Positions 34,448-45,039 of a DNA stretch of 64,000 nt are shown here, piece after piece. The stretch's first letter is position 1, and the number at the start of each line of letters is the position of its first letter. The translations under genes were made by a program, and so were the position numbers. The notes under the pieces are model-generated. The model was not told the origin of the DNA. It made no database searches and saw only the letters and a list, made by a program, of their open reading frames with translations. The DNA lies in assembly GCA_041665625.1 (NCBI GenBank), contig JBAYIK010000001.1, forward strand, positions 196,341 through 260,340, given 5' to 3'. Origin of the DNA: Minisyncoccota bacterium. GTDB taxonomy: Bacteria > Patescibacteriota > Minisyncoccia > Phycocordibacterales > XYD1-FULL-46-19.

Positions 34448-36151
34448 TTAACGGTCGGGGGCTACTTGATAATAGTTTAGCAGAAAACGGGAGGTGTTAA
34501 CAAATGGGGTTGTTAAAGTCTCAGAGGAAAACTGAGCCCCTTTAGGATTAACAATAAAAATAAAAACGAGGAAGCGTGGATTATAAGCCGGGAAATAACC
34601 AAAGAAAGAATGGAGGAAGCGATCCTCAAAGTACTTACCATTAGCCGGATTAGCAATTTGAGCGGTCCCCGTCTTCGCCGCAATGCTATAACGCTCCATC
34701 TTAACCTTCGGCATCTTCTCATCAACAACAACCGACAGCATTCGACTAATTTCTTCGCTCGTCTCCTTCTTAATTACCTGGCGAACAATCTTTGACTCGA
34801 ATTTCTGAGTTATCTTATTTTGATAATCGATTTCCTTAACCACATGGGGGGTCACTAGATAACCGCCATTACCAAGAACCGAGAGGGCCCGGACCAAACT
34901 GAGAGGTGTCACGGCAATGCCCTGGCCAAAAGAGGCCGTCGCATAATCAACCAAACGCGGACTCTTAAGATTCTTCATCAAATTTGTGGCTTCTCCCGGC
35001 AAATCAACTCCGGTTGGTTCATTAAAACCATAAGCGTTAAAATATTGACGGAAACGGTCTTGACCTAATTGTTGGGTAACAAAAGATGCTCCACAATTAA
35101 GCGATTGATTGAGAACTTCTTGCATCGGGATAACTCCGCGGGCCTTATCATCATAATTACAAATTTTCTTTTTGTTTAGAGTAATACAGCCCTTATCATT
35201 ATAAGTGGTCTTGGCCGTAACAACCCCAGTATCAAGACCGGCGGCCATGGTCAGCGGTTTAAAGATTGAACCAAGTTCATAAACCCCTTCAACTAGCGGG
35301 TTGGTTAAGACTCCGAGATCGGTAACCTTACCCCCCGGGTCAAAATTAGGCCAAGCGGCCATCGCGATGATCTCCCCCGTTTTAGGGTCGATAATAATAC
35401 CGCCAATTTTGTCACCCTGCCATTCTTCTTCGGCCTTCATTAATTCGCCTTCAAAGAACTTCTGAGCTACGGGCTCTAGTGTTGTAACAATATTCCCTTC
35501 CGCCGAAGCGGCCTTCCCTGACAGGGAGCTCCCGATACCAGAGAATATCTCGACAAAGAAATTGGCAAAGGACATCTCCGACTGACGCGACAGAACTTTT
35601 TCATATTGCCGTTCCAAACCATAACGACCAACGAGATCGTCCCCTTTATACCCAACCAAGCCTACAACTTGCGAGGCCGAATTACCAAAAGGATAGGACC
35701 GAAGTTTTTGTTTATAAATAGTAACACCCTTAATACCTAGCGCCTTAATCGCCTCGGCTTTACCTGGCTCAACCTTGGTGGCAATCTCCTTATAACTACT
35801 AGATGAATTCACCGTCCACTTAGACCAGTCGCCTGGATCAAGAGGAATAATTGAATTTAACTTGAGATAGGTGCTTGAAGCTTGGCTAGCCAGTAAACGA
35901 GGATTAATTGTAACAAGATAAGCAGTCTTCATCCCCGCCAGAGCGAAGAGTGAGCCATCCTTCTTTTGAGCCAATATGCTTCCCCGATTACCCAAGTCAG
36001 TACTCGGTCTAAGGTACTGCCGATCACCTTTGTCACGATAGTACTCAGATTTCACTACTTGAATAAAGAAAAGACGAACCAAACACAAAGCCGCCATCAA
36101 GAGAAAGATGACAACCAAGAAACTTATTCGCCCCCGAGGATTAGATTTCAT
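34448..36151 (-). CDS. ftsI: peptidoglycan D,D-transpeptidase (PBP, FtsI-like)
   Basis: PBP dimerisation domain. 'GSIFKP' SxxK, SxN and KTG motifs. Lies in the dcw context. Confidence 0.85.
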   Translation of the reverse strand: MKSNPRGRISFLVVIFLLMAALCLVRLFFIQVVKSEYYRDKGDRQYLRPSTDLGNRGSILAQKKDGSLFALAGMKTAYLVTINPRLLASQASSTYLKLNSIIPLDPGDWSKWTVNSSSSYKEIATKVEPGKAEAIKALGIKGVTIYKQKLRSYPFGNSASQVVGLVGYKGDDLVGRYGLERQYEKVLSRQSEMSFANFFVEIFSGIGSSLSGKAASAEGNIVTTLEPVAQKFFEGELMKAEEEWQGDKIGGIIIDPKTGEIIAMAAWPNFDPGGKVTDLGVLTNPLVEGVYELGSIFKPLTMAAGLDTGVVTAKTTYNDKGCITLNKKKICNYDDKARGVIPMQEVLNQSLNCGASFVTQQLGQDRFRQYFNAYGFNEPTGVDLPGEATNLMKNLKSPRLVDYATASFGQGIAVTPLSLVRALSVLGNGGYLVTPHVVKEIDYQNKITQKFESKIVRQVIKKETSEEISRMLSVVVDEKMPKVKMERYSIAAKTGTAQIANPANGKYFEDRFLHSFFGYFPAYNPRFLVFIFIVNPKGAQFSSETLTTPFVNTSRFLLNYYQVAPDR

Positions 36152-36464
36152 TATTAGAAGCTAATAGGCCAAGAGGTTCGTTACGGGTGGCAAAACTCGC
36201 GCTATTGGCGGCATCAACATAACCCAACTTCTTAACCAGCTCCAAATTAACAACGCTCATCTGGCCAAGATAATTGGCTTCAAGGGCTGAGACCTCGGCA
36301 TCGAGCTGAACAATTTTTTCTTCACTATCCCGACGAGCCGCGACTGAGGAAACAGAACTACTGAGAAAATAAAGATAAGTGCCCACCATAAAAACCAGGC
36401 CAACAATAATTATCCATTTAGTTTTATTTTCCCAATTTTTCATTTTATTTACAAATTTTTTCAA
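36141..36464 (-). CDS. ftsL: cell division protein FtsL-like
   Basis: Small bitopic protein with coiled coil, between rsmH and ftsI. Confidence 0.6.
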   Translation of the reverse strand: MKKFVNKMKNWENKTKWIIIVGLVFMVGTYLYFLSSSVSSVAARRDSEEKIVQLDAEVSALEANYLGQMSVVNLELVKKLGYVDAANSASFATRNEPLGLLASNNEI

Positions 36465-37341
36465 TTACTCGCAATTGAGCGCTCCGGGACCGAGGATTAG
36501 CGACCTCCTCTTCTCTCTCTGGGGTGATGGCTTTCTTATTAACTAAACGACCCTCACCACTTACGACCTTATCTTTAAAAAAATTCTTAACAGTCCTGGC
36601 CTCAAGGCTGTGGAAGGAAATGGCAGCAACCCTCCCACCACAGCCTGTTTTAATCCAGGCGCCGGCGAGCCCCTCTTTAAGGGCACCGATCTCATCATTA
36701 ACAGTAATTCTTAAGGCTTGAAAAGTTTTGGTGGCAAAATGGGTCTTACCATGGAGGCGATTACTTGGCATCGCACTCTTGATAATTTCCACTAAGTCAA
36801 AAGTGGTTTGAATTTCTCGCTTCTTTCTGGCCTCCACTATCGCTTTAGCGATACGACGAGACAATCTCTCTTCGCCGTAACCATAGATAATATCAGCGAG
36901 ACTTTCCTCGGCCCAAGTATTAACTATTTCTTTGGCCGTGAGAGTCTCCTCAGTAATCTCGGTTGCGAGAGTCATCAGGAGCGGCTCATCTTTTTGGAAG
37001 GTGAAGCCCCGACCCGATGAATCGAAGTGCTCAGAATTTAGACCAAGATCAAACAAGACGGCATCTACTTCAGTTATATCCTTCTCCGTTAAGGCCAAGG
37101 CGATATGCCGGAAATTGATGTTTATAAAAATGCTTTGGCAAGGTACACTCTTTAGATTCTCTTTAGCCTTAGCGAGCAAGCTCGCGTCAGCGTCAAGACC
37201 AATCAAGAGGCCCTTCTTACCCAAAAGCTTAGCCATTTCCTTCGCATGTCCACCGAGGCCCAAAGTTGCATCCACAACTTTGTCACCAGCTTTAATCTTC
37301 AGTAGCTCAATTGTCGATTGTAAAAGAACTGGTACGTGCAT
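36445..37341 (-). CDS. rsmH: 16S rRNA (cytosine1402-N4)-methyltransferase RsmH
   Basis: 'HVPVLL...DATLGLGGH' MraW signature. Confidence 0.9.
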   Translation of the reverse strand: MHVPVLLQSTIELLKIKAGDKVVDATLGLGGHAKEMAKLLGKKGLLIGLDADASLLAKAKENLKSVPCQSIFININFRHIALALTEKDITEVDAVLFDLGLNSEHFDSSGRGFTFQKDEPLLMTLATEITEETLTAKEIVNTWAEESLADIIYGYGEERLSRRIAKAIVEARKKREIQTTFDLVEIIKSAMPSNRLHGKTHFATKTFQALRITVNDEIGALKEGLAGAWIKTGCGGRVAAISFHSLEARTVKNFFKDKVVSGEGRLVNKKAITPEREEEVANPRSRSAQLRVIEKICK

Positions 37342-37342
37342 A

Positions 37343-37801
37343 CTAAAACATTCCTACTTCACTGAGACGCTCGGCCAGCACGTCGGCCTGCTTCTCGACC
37401 TTGTCGATATTTTCCTTCCATTTACGGTCATCCCAAATTTCTATTCTCTCAGACAAACCCACAACCACCACCCGGCTCTTGAGGTCGGCAAAATCTTTGA
37501 GATGATCAGGAATAAGAACTCGCCCCATGGCATCAATCTCTACCTCGAAGGCGCTGCCTAAAATAAAACGGGAAAAAGAACGAGCCGCACTCTGAGTCAT
37601 AGGGAGTTTATCAATCTCGCCACTGACCTTCTTCCAACCTTCGAGAGTATAGGCAAAGAGACAAGAGTCGAGACCTTTAGTAATTACCATTTTCTTACCA
37701 ATTTCTTTACGGAAAGAGGCGGGCATTGAAATGCGCTTCTTATCATCTATGGTATGTCTAAATTCCCCGATTAACATCCTTCCCATTCTATCCCACTTCA
37801 T
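37343..37801 (-). CDS. mraZ: transcriptional regulator MraZ
   Basis: Duplicated 'DxxxR' MraZ domains: 'DDKKRISMP', 'DAMGRVLIP'. Confidence 0.85.
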   Translation of the reverse strand: MKWDRMGRMLIGEFRHTIDDKKRISMPASFRKEIGKKMVITKGLDSCLFAYTLEGWKKVSGEIDKLPMTQSAARSFSRFILGSAFEVEIDAMGRVLIPDHLKDFADLKSRVVVVGLSERIEIWDDRKWKENIDKVEKQADVLAERLSEVGMF

Positions 37802-37896
37802 GCCACTTCACAACAACCCTCCCCCACCTAAAACTGTGGATAACATAAAAAACCAAGCAACGCTTGGTTTTTTATGTTAATTTTTCTCTTTATTTA

Positions 37897-38961
37897 CTAT
37901 TTTAATACAGTCCAGAGATTTGGGTCGCTCTCGCCATCAACTTTAAACAAAGCAACGCCTTTAAGGCCAAGGTTCTTCGCCAATTTAACTTTAGTGGCAA
38001 TCGCCACACTATCAGATAAAACGGCGTAGCGGTTCTGCCCTTCTTTAGTATAAGCAAAAGCTAATTCACCAGCGCTATTGCGGACTGGAGTTGAGTTGGT
38101 ACTTTGAGCTAGCTCCATAAAAGTTTTATAAGACAAGGCACTTAATTTCTTATAGTCATAGAAAGTTCCCTTATCAATCACCTGATAAGCGTAGCCATAA
38201 TTAGCCACACTCAAAACAATTTTATTGTAAGAAATTTGCTGATGAGCATAGGCGACAACTTTCTTTACAAAGCTAATATCCGCTACTGGGGTATAAAGGC
38301 CAGCCGATTTATTGCGTCGATTCAAAATAATATCAGCGGTCATTTGGTCGTAAGCCATCAAACGGACTTCATCACAATAAGTATTGATCATCTTATAATC
38401 ATTGGCATACTCAATCTCCTCAGGAATATTCAAAAAGCGTGAGGAAGGTGGAAGACGGGGTTCAACAGTACAAACCAAGACCTTCTTGTTCTTGTGTAAT
38501 TGAGTCGAGAGATCTTTCAAAAATAAGCCGAAGGTTTTGAAGACAGCGGTAGTCTTCCCTTCATAATCAATATCAATACCGGCATAATTTTTGGTATTAA
38601 CGATATCAACAATTTGTTTGATATGAGCATCACGATTTTTCTTCGTCGCCATAGTCTTCTGAATAGCTTGACCATCATTCCACATAATTGTTGGAATAAT
38701 TTTTACTTTCTTGGCCCGAGCCGAAGACAATAGGGAAACCCAAGGTTCTTGCGACACCTTCATGGGATCCCAAATTACCCCGTTGGCTTTAACTTCGTAG
38801 GAAAAGGGGCTAATTGAGGCTAGCTGGTTCAAATGGGCAGTCGTCTCAGCCGAGGCCGCCGTCTTCTTCCAATATGGGACCCAAGCCGAAAATTCCAAGG
38901 CTTTGGCCTGGGATATGACCGGCAACGACAAAATAAGCAATAAAAATAAGACCTTTTTCAT
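37897..38961 (-). CDS. secreted glycoside hydrolase family 18 (chitinase-like) protein
   Basis: Signal peptide. 'YAGIDIDYEG' is the GH18 catalytic DxxDxDxE-type motif. Confidence 0.7.
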   Translation of the reverse strand: MKKVLFLLLILSLPVISQAKALEFSAWVPYWKKTAASAETTAHLNQLASISPFSYEVKANGVIWDPMKVSQEPWVSLLSSARAKKVKIIPTIMWNDGQAIQKTMATKKNRDAHIKQIVDIVNTKNYAGIDIDYEGKTTAVFKTFGLFLKDLSTQLHKNKKVLVCTVEPRLPPSSRFLNIPEEIEYANDYKMINTYCDEVRLMAYDQMTADIILNRRNKSAGLYTPVADISFVKKVVAYAHQQISYNKIVLSVANYGYAYQVIDKGTFYDYKKLSALSYKTFMELAQSTNSTPVRNSAGELAFAYTKEGQNRYAVLSDSVAIATKVKLAKNLGLKGVALFKVDGESDPNLWTVLK

Positions 38962-38997
38962 AAGCCTTTGTATTATGGCACAAAATACAGAATTCTC

Positions 38998-39813
38998 CTA
39001 AGCAAGTTCTACTCTTAATTCAGCTCCAGCCTCATCGCCAACTAATTTTAAATCATGAATATAGTCTAGGGCTCTTCTTCTAAGGACAGGGTCTTTTTCT
39101 CTTTCTCCTACTAAATCTCTACCTATATTAATTTCTTTACCCTTATAAGTTCTTCTTTTCCTAGTTGGTTTTACATAATAAAATTGTCTACCCTCTTTTT
39201 CTTCGTCACGCTCTTGTTCAGAATTAAACTTTTTATCATTATCATAAAATAAATAAGAATAACCTCCCCAATCATTTATATAAAAGCCTGAAGTTTTTGG
39301 CTGGCCAGCATCATTCCAAATATTCTGATAGCCACGCATTCTAAAAATATCCACTATTTCATCGAGTTGGCCACAACACCCCATCTCAGATAAAAGGACT
39401 CCATCTTTTACATTATTAATAGCTTTTTCACAACCCCTATTTGTTTCGTCATAAATCAATATTTTTTCGTTTTTGTTGATACCCCTTTTTTCTTCATAAT
39501 CTTTATAGATCTTATTATTGTCGCAAAAATAGCCCCTATTTCCTCTATCCATGGCAAATCTGAAGAAATTTGGCGCTTTTTCATTTGGGTAAGCTTGGCG
39601 CCAAGTATTTCTTAATAACCAACCAAAAGGAACGGCGCTTGTTTCTGTCAAAAAAATATGATCTGGTGCAATTTCGTCGTGCCAAGTTTTTACTCTCTCT
39701 TTAGCCCACTCTCGATAACGGACAACGTCTTCGGGTGTCATCACGCGATAATGTTTCTCTCCACCTTCTTGATTTGCTTTATTTCCTAATTGGAAAAAAT
39801 CTTCTTGGCTCAT
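38998..39813 (-). CDS. hypothetical protein
   Basis: 271 aa, no recognised motif. Confidence 0.5.
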   Translation of the reverse strand: MSQEDFFQLGNKANQEGGEKHYRVMTPEDVVRYREWAKERVKTWHDEIAPDHIFLTETSAVPFGWLLRNTWRQAYPNEKAPNFFRFAMDRGNRGYFCDNNKIYKDYEEKRGINKNEKILIYDETNRGCEKAINNVKDGVLLSEMGCCGQLDEIVDIFRMRGYQNIWNDAGQPKTSGFYINDWGGYSYLFYDNDKKFNSEQERDEEKEGRQFYYVKPTRKRRTYKGKEINIGRDLVGEREKDPVLRRRALDYIHDLKLVGDEAGAELRVELA

Positions 39814-39817
39814 ATTT

Positions 39818-40162
39818 TCAACTATTATTTAGCTCTTTTAATAGCTCCTCATAAAAAACAAACAAAGAATTTTCACCCTCAAAATCAAGTTTGGGGGACG
39901 ACTTATAATCGGTCCCTCCAGATACTTCGATGTGGAAAGCTAGATATTTACTACGATCTTCATAGGTAGCAAAAATTTTTTCTCTTTGCTTATCAATTTT
40001 TTGCCAAAAATAATCCTGCTTCTCTTGATCTTCAATATCAAAAATTTTAGCTAATACAGTGTTCCTAAGGTCATTGAACTTTTTAAAAAAATCATGCCAT
40101 TTTTTTTCTTCCAACAAAATTCCTTCATTATCAGAATTTATTTTAGGAGAATCTTCAGACAT
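39818..40162 (-). CDS. hypothetical protein
   Basis: 114 aa. Confidence 0.45.
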   Translation of the reverse strand: MSEDSPKINSDNEGILLEEKKWHDFFKKFNDLRNTVLAKIFDIEDQEKQDYFWQKIDKQREKIFATYEDRSKYLAFHIEVSGGTDYKSSPKLDFEGENSLFVFYEELLKELNNS

Positions 40163-40196
40163 ATCGGGTTCTAAATTTCAACAAAAAGAAACAAGA

Positions 40197-41660
40197 TTAT
40201 TTATCCTTTGGTCTCATTAGAGGGAAAATCTGAGCTTCGCGGGTGGAGCGGTTGGAGAGGAAGGCAAAAACACGTTCGCTCATACCAAAACCACAAGTTG
40301 GTGGCATGCCATACTCAAGAGCTTCAACAAATTCTTCATCTTTCATCTGAGCTTCTTCATCCCCCGCTTCCCGTAACTTAGCTTGTTCATCAAAGCGCTC
40401 CATCTGGTCAATTGGGTCATTAAGTTCGCTGTAACCATTACCTAACTCTGAACCAGCAATAATCGGTTGGAAGCGCTGGGTTCGACGATGATCAATCTCA
40501 TCTCTCTTGGCTAATGGTGAAATCTCAATCGGCACGCCAACTAAGAAACCAGGACCAGCAATTTGCTTGCGACAATACTTCCACAGATTGTCCATCGCTC
40601 GCGTAATATTAAAACCCTTTTTGTCATAAGTAATACCGAGTTCCTTCAACTTCGCCTCAATCTCTTCAATCTTCGCTTCGAAGACATCAACGCCGGTCAT
40701 TTCTTTGACCACTTCACGGAAGTCGTAGCGCTCCCATTTCTTACCTAAATCGATATCAAACTCCCCAATTTTGAATTCCAAGGTGCCAAAAGTTTCTTCA
40801 GCGACATATTTATAAAGTTCTTCGACAAGTTGCATCCCCTTCTCATAATCAGCGTAGGCCAAATAGAATTCCATTTGGGTATAATCCTGAAGATGCTCAG
40901 CATCCATCCCCTCATTGCGAAACTGGCGACCAATCTCAAAAGTTCGAGGAAAACCAGCCACCATTAATTTCTTCTGCCATAATTCACCCGTGGAGATACG
41001 GAGATAAACATCAAGGTCAAGAGCGTTGTGATGGGTCACAAAGGGTCGGGCATCAGCCCCCCCAGCCGTGTTTTCTAAAACCGGGGTTTCTACTTCGAGA
41101 AAATTTTTGCTCAAGAGAAAGTTGCGAACAGATTGCCAGAACTTACCACGCTTCACCACCATCTCCCGAACATCCTCATTAAGAAGAATATCGAGATAAC
41201 GCTTACGTAGGCGTTCTTCCACATCTTGGAAACCAGACCACTGGTCAGGTAAAGGGCGAAGGCTCTTAGCCAGAATCTTCCAACCCTCAGCTTCAATCGT
41301 TTTTTCTCCTCGTTTAGTGACAATCAATTTGCCAGTGGCTTGAATAAAATCACCAATATCAATAGTATCAGCCAGAAGTTCGAAGGTTCGGCCCAAGGTA
41401 TCTTCCTTCAACAAAACTTGGATCTTGGCTCCGTTATCAAATAGGTCAACAAAAATTAACCCGCCCTGACGACGCAAAGCCATAATTCTTCCGCCAGTCG
41501 TAATGTCTCTCCCCTTCTCAACAAAATGATCAAAATTAGAAACAGCTTCTTCAATCGAAGTATTTATTTCTGTCTGAGCCGGGTAAGGATTATAACCGCC
41601 ATCTCGAAGAACCTTAAGTTTCTTTAAACGTTCACTGCGTAATTCTTCAAGTGAAGCCAT
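40197..41660 (-). CDS. lysS: lysine--tRNA ligase (class II)
   Basis: OB anticodon-binding domain. Class II motifs 1-3: 'FRNEG', 'GGSEL..G', 'GFGMSER'. Confidence 0.9.
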   Translation of the reverse strand: MASLEELRSERLKKLKVLRDGGYNPYPAQTEINTSIEEAVSNFDHFVEKGRDITTGGRIMALRRQGGLIFVDLFDNGAKIQVLLKEDTLGRTFELLADTIDIGDFIQATGKLIVTKRGEKTIEAEGWKILAKSLRPLPDQWSGFQDVEERLRKRYLDILLNEDVREMVVKRGKFWQSVRNFLLSKNFLEVETPVLENTAGGADARPFVTHHNALDLDVYLRISTGELWQKKLMVAGFPRTFEIGRQFRNEGMDAEHLQDYTQMEFYLAYADYEKGMQLVEELYKYVAEETFGTLEFKIGEFDIDLGKKWERYDFREVVKEMTGVDVFEAKIEEIEAKLKELGITYDKKGFNITRAMDNLWKYCRKQIAGPGFLVGVPIEISPLAKRDEIDHRRTQRFQPIIAGSELGNGYSELNDPIDQMERFDEQAKLREAGDEEAQMKDEEFVEALEYGMPPTCGFGMSERVFAFLSNRSTREAQIFPLMRPKDK

Positions 41661-41774
41661 CCCGTTAGAAATTTATTATTATTAAAATATCTCCAGACCT
41701 TTTATCTACCTTATCTATTATATTTATCATACCATTACTTTAATTTTAAATTTCTAACGGGACCATCTGTCTTT

Positions 41775-42236
41775 TTACTGAATATCAATAATCTTATATT
41801 TATTTTCGCCTTTTGGTGTCGAAACAGAAATAATATCCCCTTTTTTGTGGCCAAGGAGCGCCGCTCCCAAAGGTGACTCATGAGAAATTTTACCAACGGA
41901 CATGTCTGCTTCTTCGGCGCCAACGATAACAAATTTTTCTTCATTACCATTATCACGCTTAGTGACAACGGTGGCCCCTACTTCGGCCTTGTCTCCTTTA
42001 TGCGAAGTAATAATTTGGCCGTATTTGATGATTTCTTCTAGCTCACTAATGCGATCTTCGACATCAGCCTGTTTATCACGAGCTTCGTGATATTCGGCAT
42101 TCTCAGAGAGATCTCCAAGGGACTTGGCATATTCTAAATTCTCAGCAATTTTCTTACGTTCAACAGTCTTTAACTGTTTTAGTTCTTCTTTGAGAGCATC
42201 GTATTTCTCCTGACTTAAGTAATGTGGGTTATTCGA
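41775..42236 (-). CDS. greA: transcription elongation factor GreA
   Basis: 'LKEELKQLK...AKSLGDLSENAEYHEARDKQ'. Start at the internal Met (track to 42344). Confidence 0.85.
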   Translation of the reverse strand, partial: SNNPHYLSQEKYDALKEELKQLKTVERKKIAENLEYAKSLGDLSENAEYHEARDKQADVEDRISELEEIIKYGQIITSHKGDKAEVGATVVTKRDNGNEEKFVIVGAEEADMSVGKISHESPLGAALLGHKKGDIISVSTPKGENKYKIIDIQ

Positions 42237-42292
42237 CATATCGGAGAGTATTATAGCAGATTCAAAAAAAACCCGCCAGACCTTGGGCTCCC

Positions 42293-44035
42293 TTAAGGTC
42301 TGGCGGGAACGGAGAGGTACTCTGGCGCGTAGATAGTCATCCATTCTAGCAATTGCTGGATAACCGTAACGCTCCCGACGGTATTAGTCCTTTCCCCTTT
42401 TTCCATCACAACGGCAAAGGCATAACGCGGATTCTCGTAGGGCCAATAGCCGGCAATCCAAGAGTTAACTGTCATCTTAGTAACACCAATTTCCGCACTT
42501 CCTGTTTTGGCCGCCACCGTAACACTGGGGAGGTTGAGAGACTTCGCCGTCCCCTCAGTTACAGTTTGGCGCATCCCTTCGTGAACAGTCGTCCAAACAT
42601 TTGGATCAAGGGAAATTTTAGTACTCGTAATAAGCTGGCCGGGTTTAATTTTTACCACCGTTGGTTTGAGCAACTTACCATTATTAGCAATAGCGGCATA
42701 AGCCCGAGCCATCTGAATAGGAGTGACCTGGGTCCCATATTGACCAATAGAAGTATGGTAAGTATTACCCAAAGTCCAAGCTTCACCTTTAAAGTTCTTG
42801 GCTTTCCACTCTGGGCTAGGAATAACCCCCTCTTCCTCTCCGGGCAAATCAATCCCCGTCTTTTCCTTCAAACCAAAAAGTTCTGCGTATTTCTCAATTT
42901 TTAGAATACCCAAACCCGACTGAGAACCAAAGCCCCCGCCGATGATATAAAAATAGACATCGCAAGAGACCGCAATCGCTCGACGCATATCGACAGTGCC
43001 ATTGTTTTGCCAATCTTTAAAAACCGTTTCCTTAGTTTTATCATAAGGATTAGGAACAATTAATTTTCCATTCGTTATAAAATTTTTAAGGGGGTTCACG
43101 GTCTTCTCAGCCAAAGCTCCAATTGCGACAAATAATTTAAAAGTTGAACCAGGCGCATAGAGACCACCAATCGAGCGATCAAGCATAAAATTATTATTGC
43201 TCGTAAGATATTTGCTGATTGTTTTCTTGTCTTGGCCAGCCGCTAAAATATTCGGGTTATAATCAGGATAACTGGCCAAGGCCAAAATTTCTCCAGTCTG
43301 GACGTCCATGATAACAGCCCCACCACCAGCAAAACCGCGATCAATGGCGAGTTGATTCATAAACTCATAAAGCTTCGCCTGAACTTTGTGATCTACAGAA
43401 AGCTTGAGTTCTTGGCCCGGTATCGGTTTCTCAACGACATGATCAGAGACCTGCTTCCCATCAGCGCCAACTTCAACAATTCTTACACCCCTTTCACCCA
43501 AGAGATACTCATTGTATGTTCGTTCAACTCCATCGCGACCCAAGAACTCCTGCGGGTGGAAGCGCCCAGTGGCAAATTCGGTGGCATTAGGAAAACTAAC
43601 ATAGCCAAGCAAGTGACCAAGGCCAGGCGTATCAAGATAAACACGTTTGGGTCCAATTCTATCATCTGTCGAGGTGGCATTGTCTGTCCAAACAAGGACC
43701 TTCCCCTTCCGATCATAAATATTCCCTCGCTCAGCAAAAATTGGAGTAAAATTCAAACTATTATTTTTGCCTCGTTCGGCATAATATTCCCCTTTCATCA
43801 CCGTCAACCAAAAAGTTCTTCCAATAAAAACTGTGAAGATAAAGAAACAAAAAATTGCTACACCATAAAAAGCTCTTCGGCTGATCGCCCTTTCTAGACG
43901 ACCTTCAAATTGCTGTTCATCATAGGCTGGCAAATTACTGGCATCAACAAAAATCTCGTCCGGAGATAAATCAAAATTACGAGTCGATCTTTTGCGGTTA
44001 GTGAAAAACATAAAGACGAGTCTTAAGCCATTCAA
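42293..44035 (-). CDS. mrdA: peptidoglycan D,D-transpeptidase MrdA (PBP2)
   Basis: PBP dimerisation plus transpeptidase ('STFK', 'KTG'), downstream of mreBCD. Confidence 0.85.
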   Translation of the reverse strand: MNGLRLVFMFFTNRKRSTRNFDLSPDEIFVDASNLPAYDEQQFEGRLERAISRRAFYGVAIFCFFIFTVFIGRTFWLTVMKGEYYAERGKNNSLNFTPIFAERGNIYDRKGKVLVWTDNATSTDDRIGPKRVYLDTPGLGHLLGYVSFPNATEFATGRFHPQEFLGRDGVERTYNEYLLGERGVRIVEVGADGKQVSDHVVEKPIPGQELKLSVDHKVQAKLYEFMNQLAIDRGFAGGGAVIMDVQTGEILALASYPDYNPNILAAGQDKKTISKYLTSNNNFMLDRSIGGLYAPGSTFKLFVAIGALAEKTVNPLKNFITNGKLIVPNPYDKTKETVFKDWQNNGTVDMRRAIAVSCDVYFYIIGGGFGSQSGLGILKIEKYAELFGLKEKTGIDLPGEEEGVIPSPEWKAKNFKGEAWTLGNTYHTSIGQYGTQVTPIQMARAYAAIANNGKLLKPTVVKIKPGQLITSTKISLDPNVWTTVHEGMRQTVTEGTAKSLNLPSVTVAAKTGSAEIGVTKMTVNSWIAGYWPYENPRYAFAVVMEKGERTNTVGSVTVIQQLLEWMTIYAPEYLSVPARP

Positions 44036-44243
44036 TAATAGGAACTAAAAGCAAAGCGCTAATTGTTAGCCAAGGGCTAGAACCAGAAAGGCTATAGAGT
44101 AGTTCATAAAGCAAAACGGCAACAACCCCCTCATAATACCAAGGGAAATAACAAATGAGAGTTAGCAGAAAAAGAAAACTTATCCACCAAGGTAAGGTAA
44201 AAACTGAAACAAAAAGAAGTATAGAGAAACTAAGTCTTGGCAT
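43998..44243 (-). CDS. mreD: rod shape-determining protein MreD
   Basis: Small polytopic membrane protein between mreC and mrdA. Confidence 0.6.
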   Translation of the reverse strand: MPRLSFSILLFVSVFTLPWWISFLFLLTLICYFPWYYEGVVAVLLYELLYSLSGSSPWLTISALLLVPIIEWLKTRLYVFH

Positions 44244-45039
44244 TATAAATTTCTAACCATTTAAGCTGCCATAGGTTAACGGGGGTCTTAATTAGAATTG
44301 TCTGATTCGGCTGGCTAGGGTTCTTACTTATCGCCCGGACTGTCCCTACAAGCAAATTATTAAAAAGTGGTGCCGCGACTCGGTCACCAATAGAAATGAT
44401 AGTATCTTTAGGCAAAGACACGGCAAAATTCCCTGCCCCAGCCCCAGAGGCCGTGGCGGGAACATTCTTTGGCCCAATGACAACAGAAATATTACTTTCA
44501 GCGGAAAGCAAGCTTACCTTAGAATACCAAGAGCCAACTTCAGCAACGCGACCAATAAGGACCGTTCTGTCTGTCACCGCTAAATCACCAACCTTAAGTC
44601 TCTTAGTTAAATTATCTTTCCCCACATCAATGAGAAGGGTTTGGTAGGGAACAAAGTTAGGTAAGAAAATTACTTCTCCCACGACAGGGAAACTTTTATC
44701 TTTAGCTTTACCAAACAGAGCTCTTAAGTAATCATTATTGCTCTCAACCTGGGCTTTAGCCAAAAGAGTAATTTTTAGCTTGTCATTCTCCGCCCGGAGA
44801 CGACGATTTTCAATCGCTAAACTATTTTTATTACGAAAAAAATCAAAAACAGTTTGACCAGCAGCAAACAAACCTTCATTCCCCCACCATAAAGGGCGGA
44901 AGACAACACTTAGGGGCCCAGCAAAGGGGCGAAGCAAAACTCCAGCTAAAAAATAAATTGCCAAAAGGACAAAAAAGAAGCTGGCAATCTTCTGAATTAA
45001 TTTTTTATGATTTTGTTGATAGTAATTTCGTTTAGCCAT
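44230..45039 (-). CDS. mreC: rod shape-determining protein MreC
   Basis: N-terminal TM, coiled coil, beta-rich C-terminal domain. Confidence 0.8.
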   Translation of the reverse strand: MAKRNYYQQNHKKLIQKIASFFFVLLAIYFLAGVLLRPFAGPLSVVFRPLWWGNEGLFAAGQTVFDFFRNKNSLAIENRRLRAENDKLKITLLAKAQVESNNDYLRALFGKAKDKSFPVVGEVIFLPNFVPYQTLLIDVGKDNLTKRLKVGDLAVTDRTVLIGRVAEVGSWYSKVSLLSAESNISVVIGPKNVPATASGAGAGNFAVSLPKDTIISIGDRVAAPLFNNLLVGTVRAISKNPSQPNQTILIKTPVNLWQLKWLEIYNAKT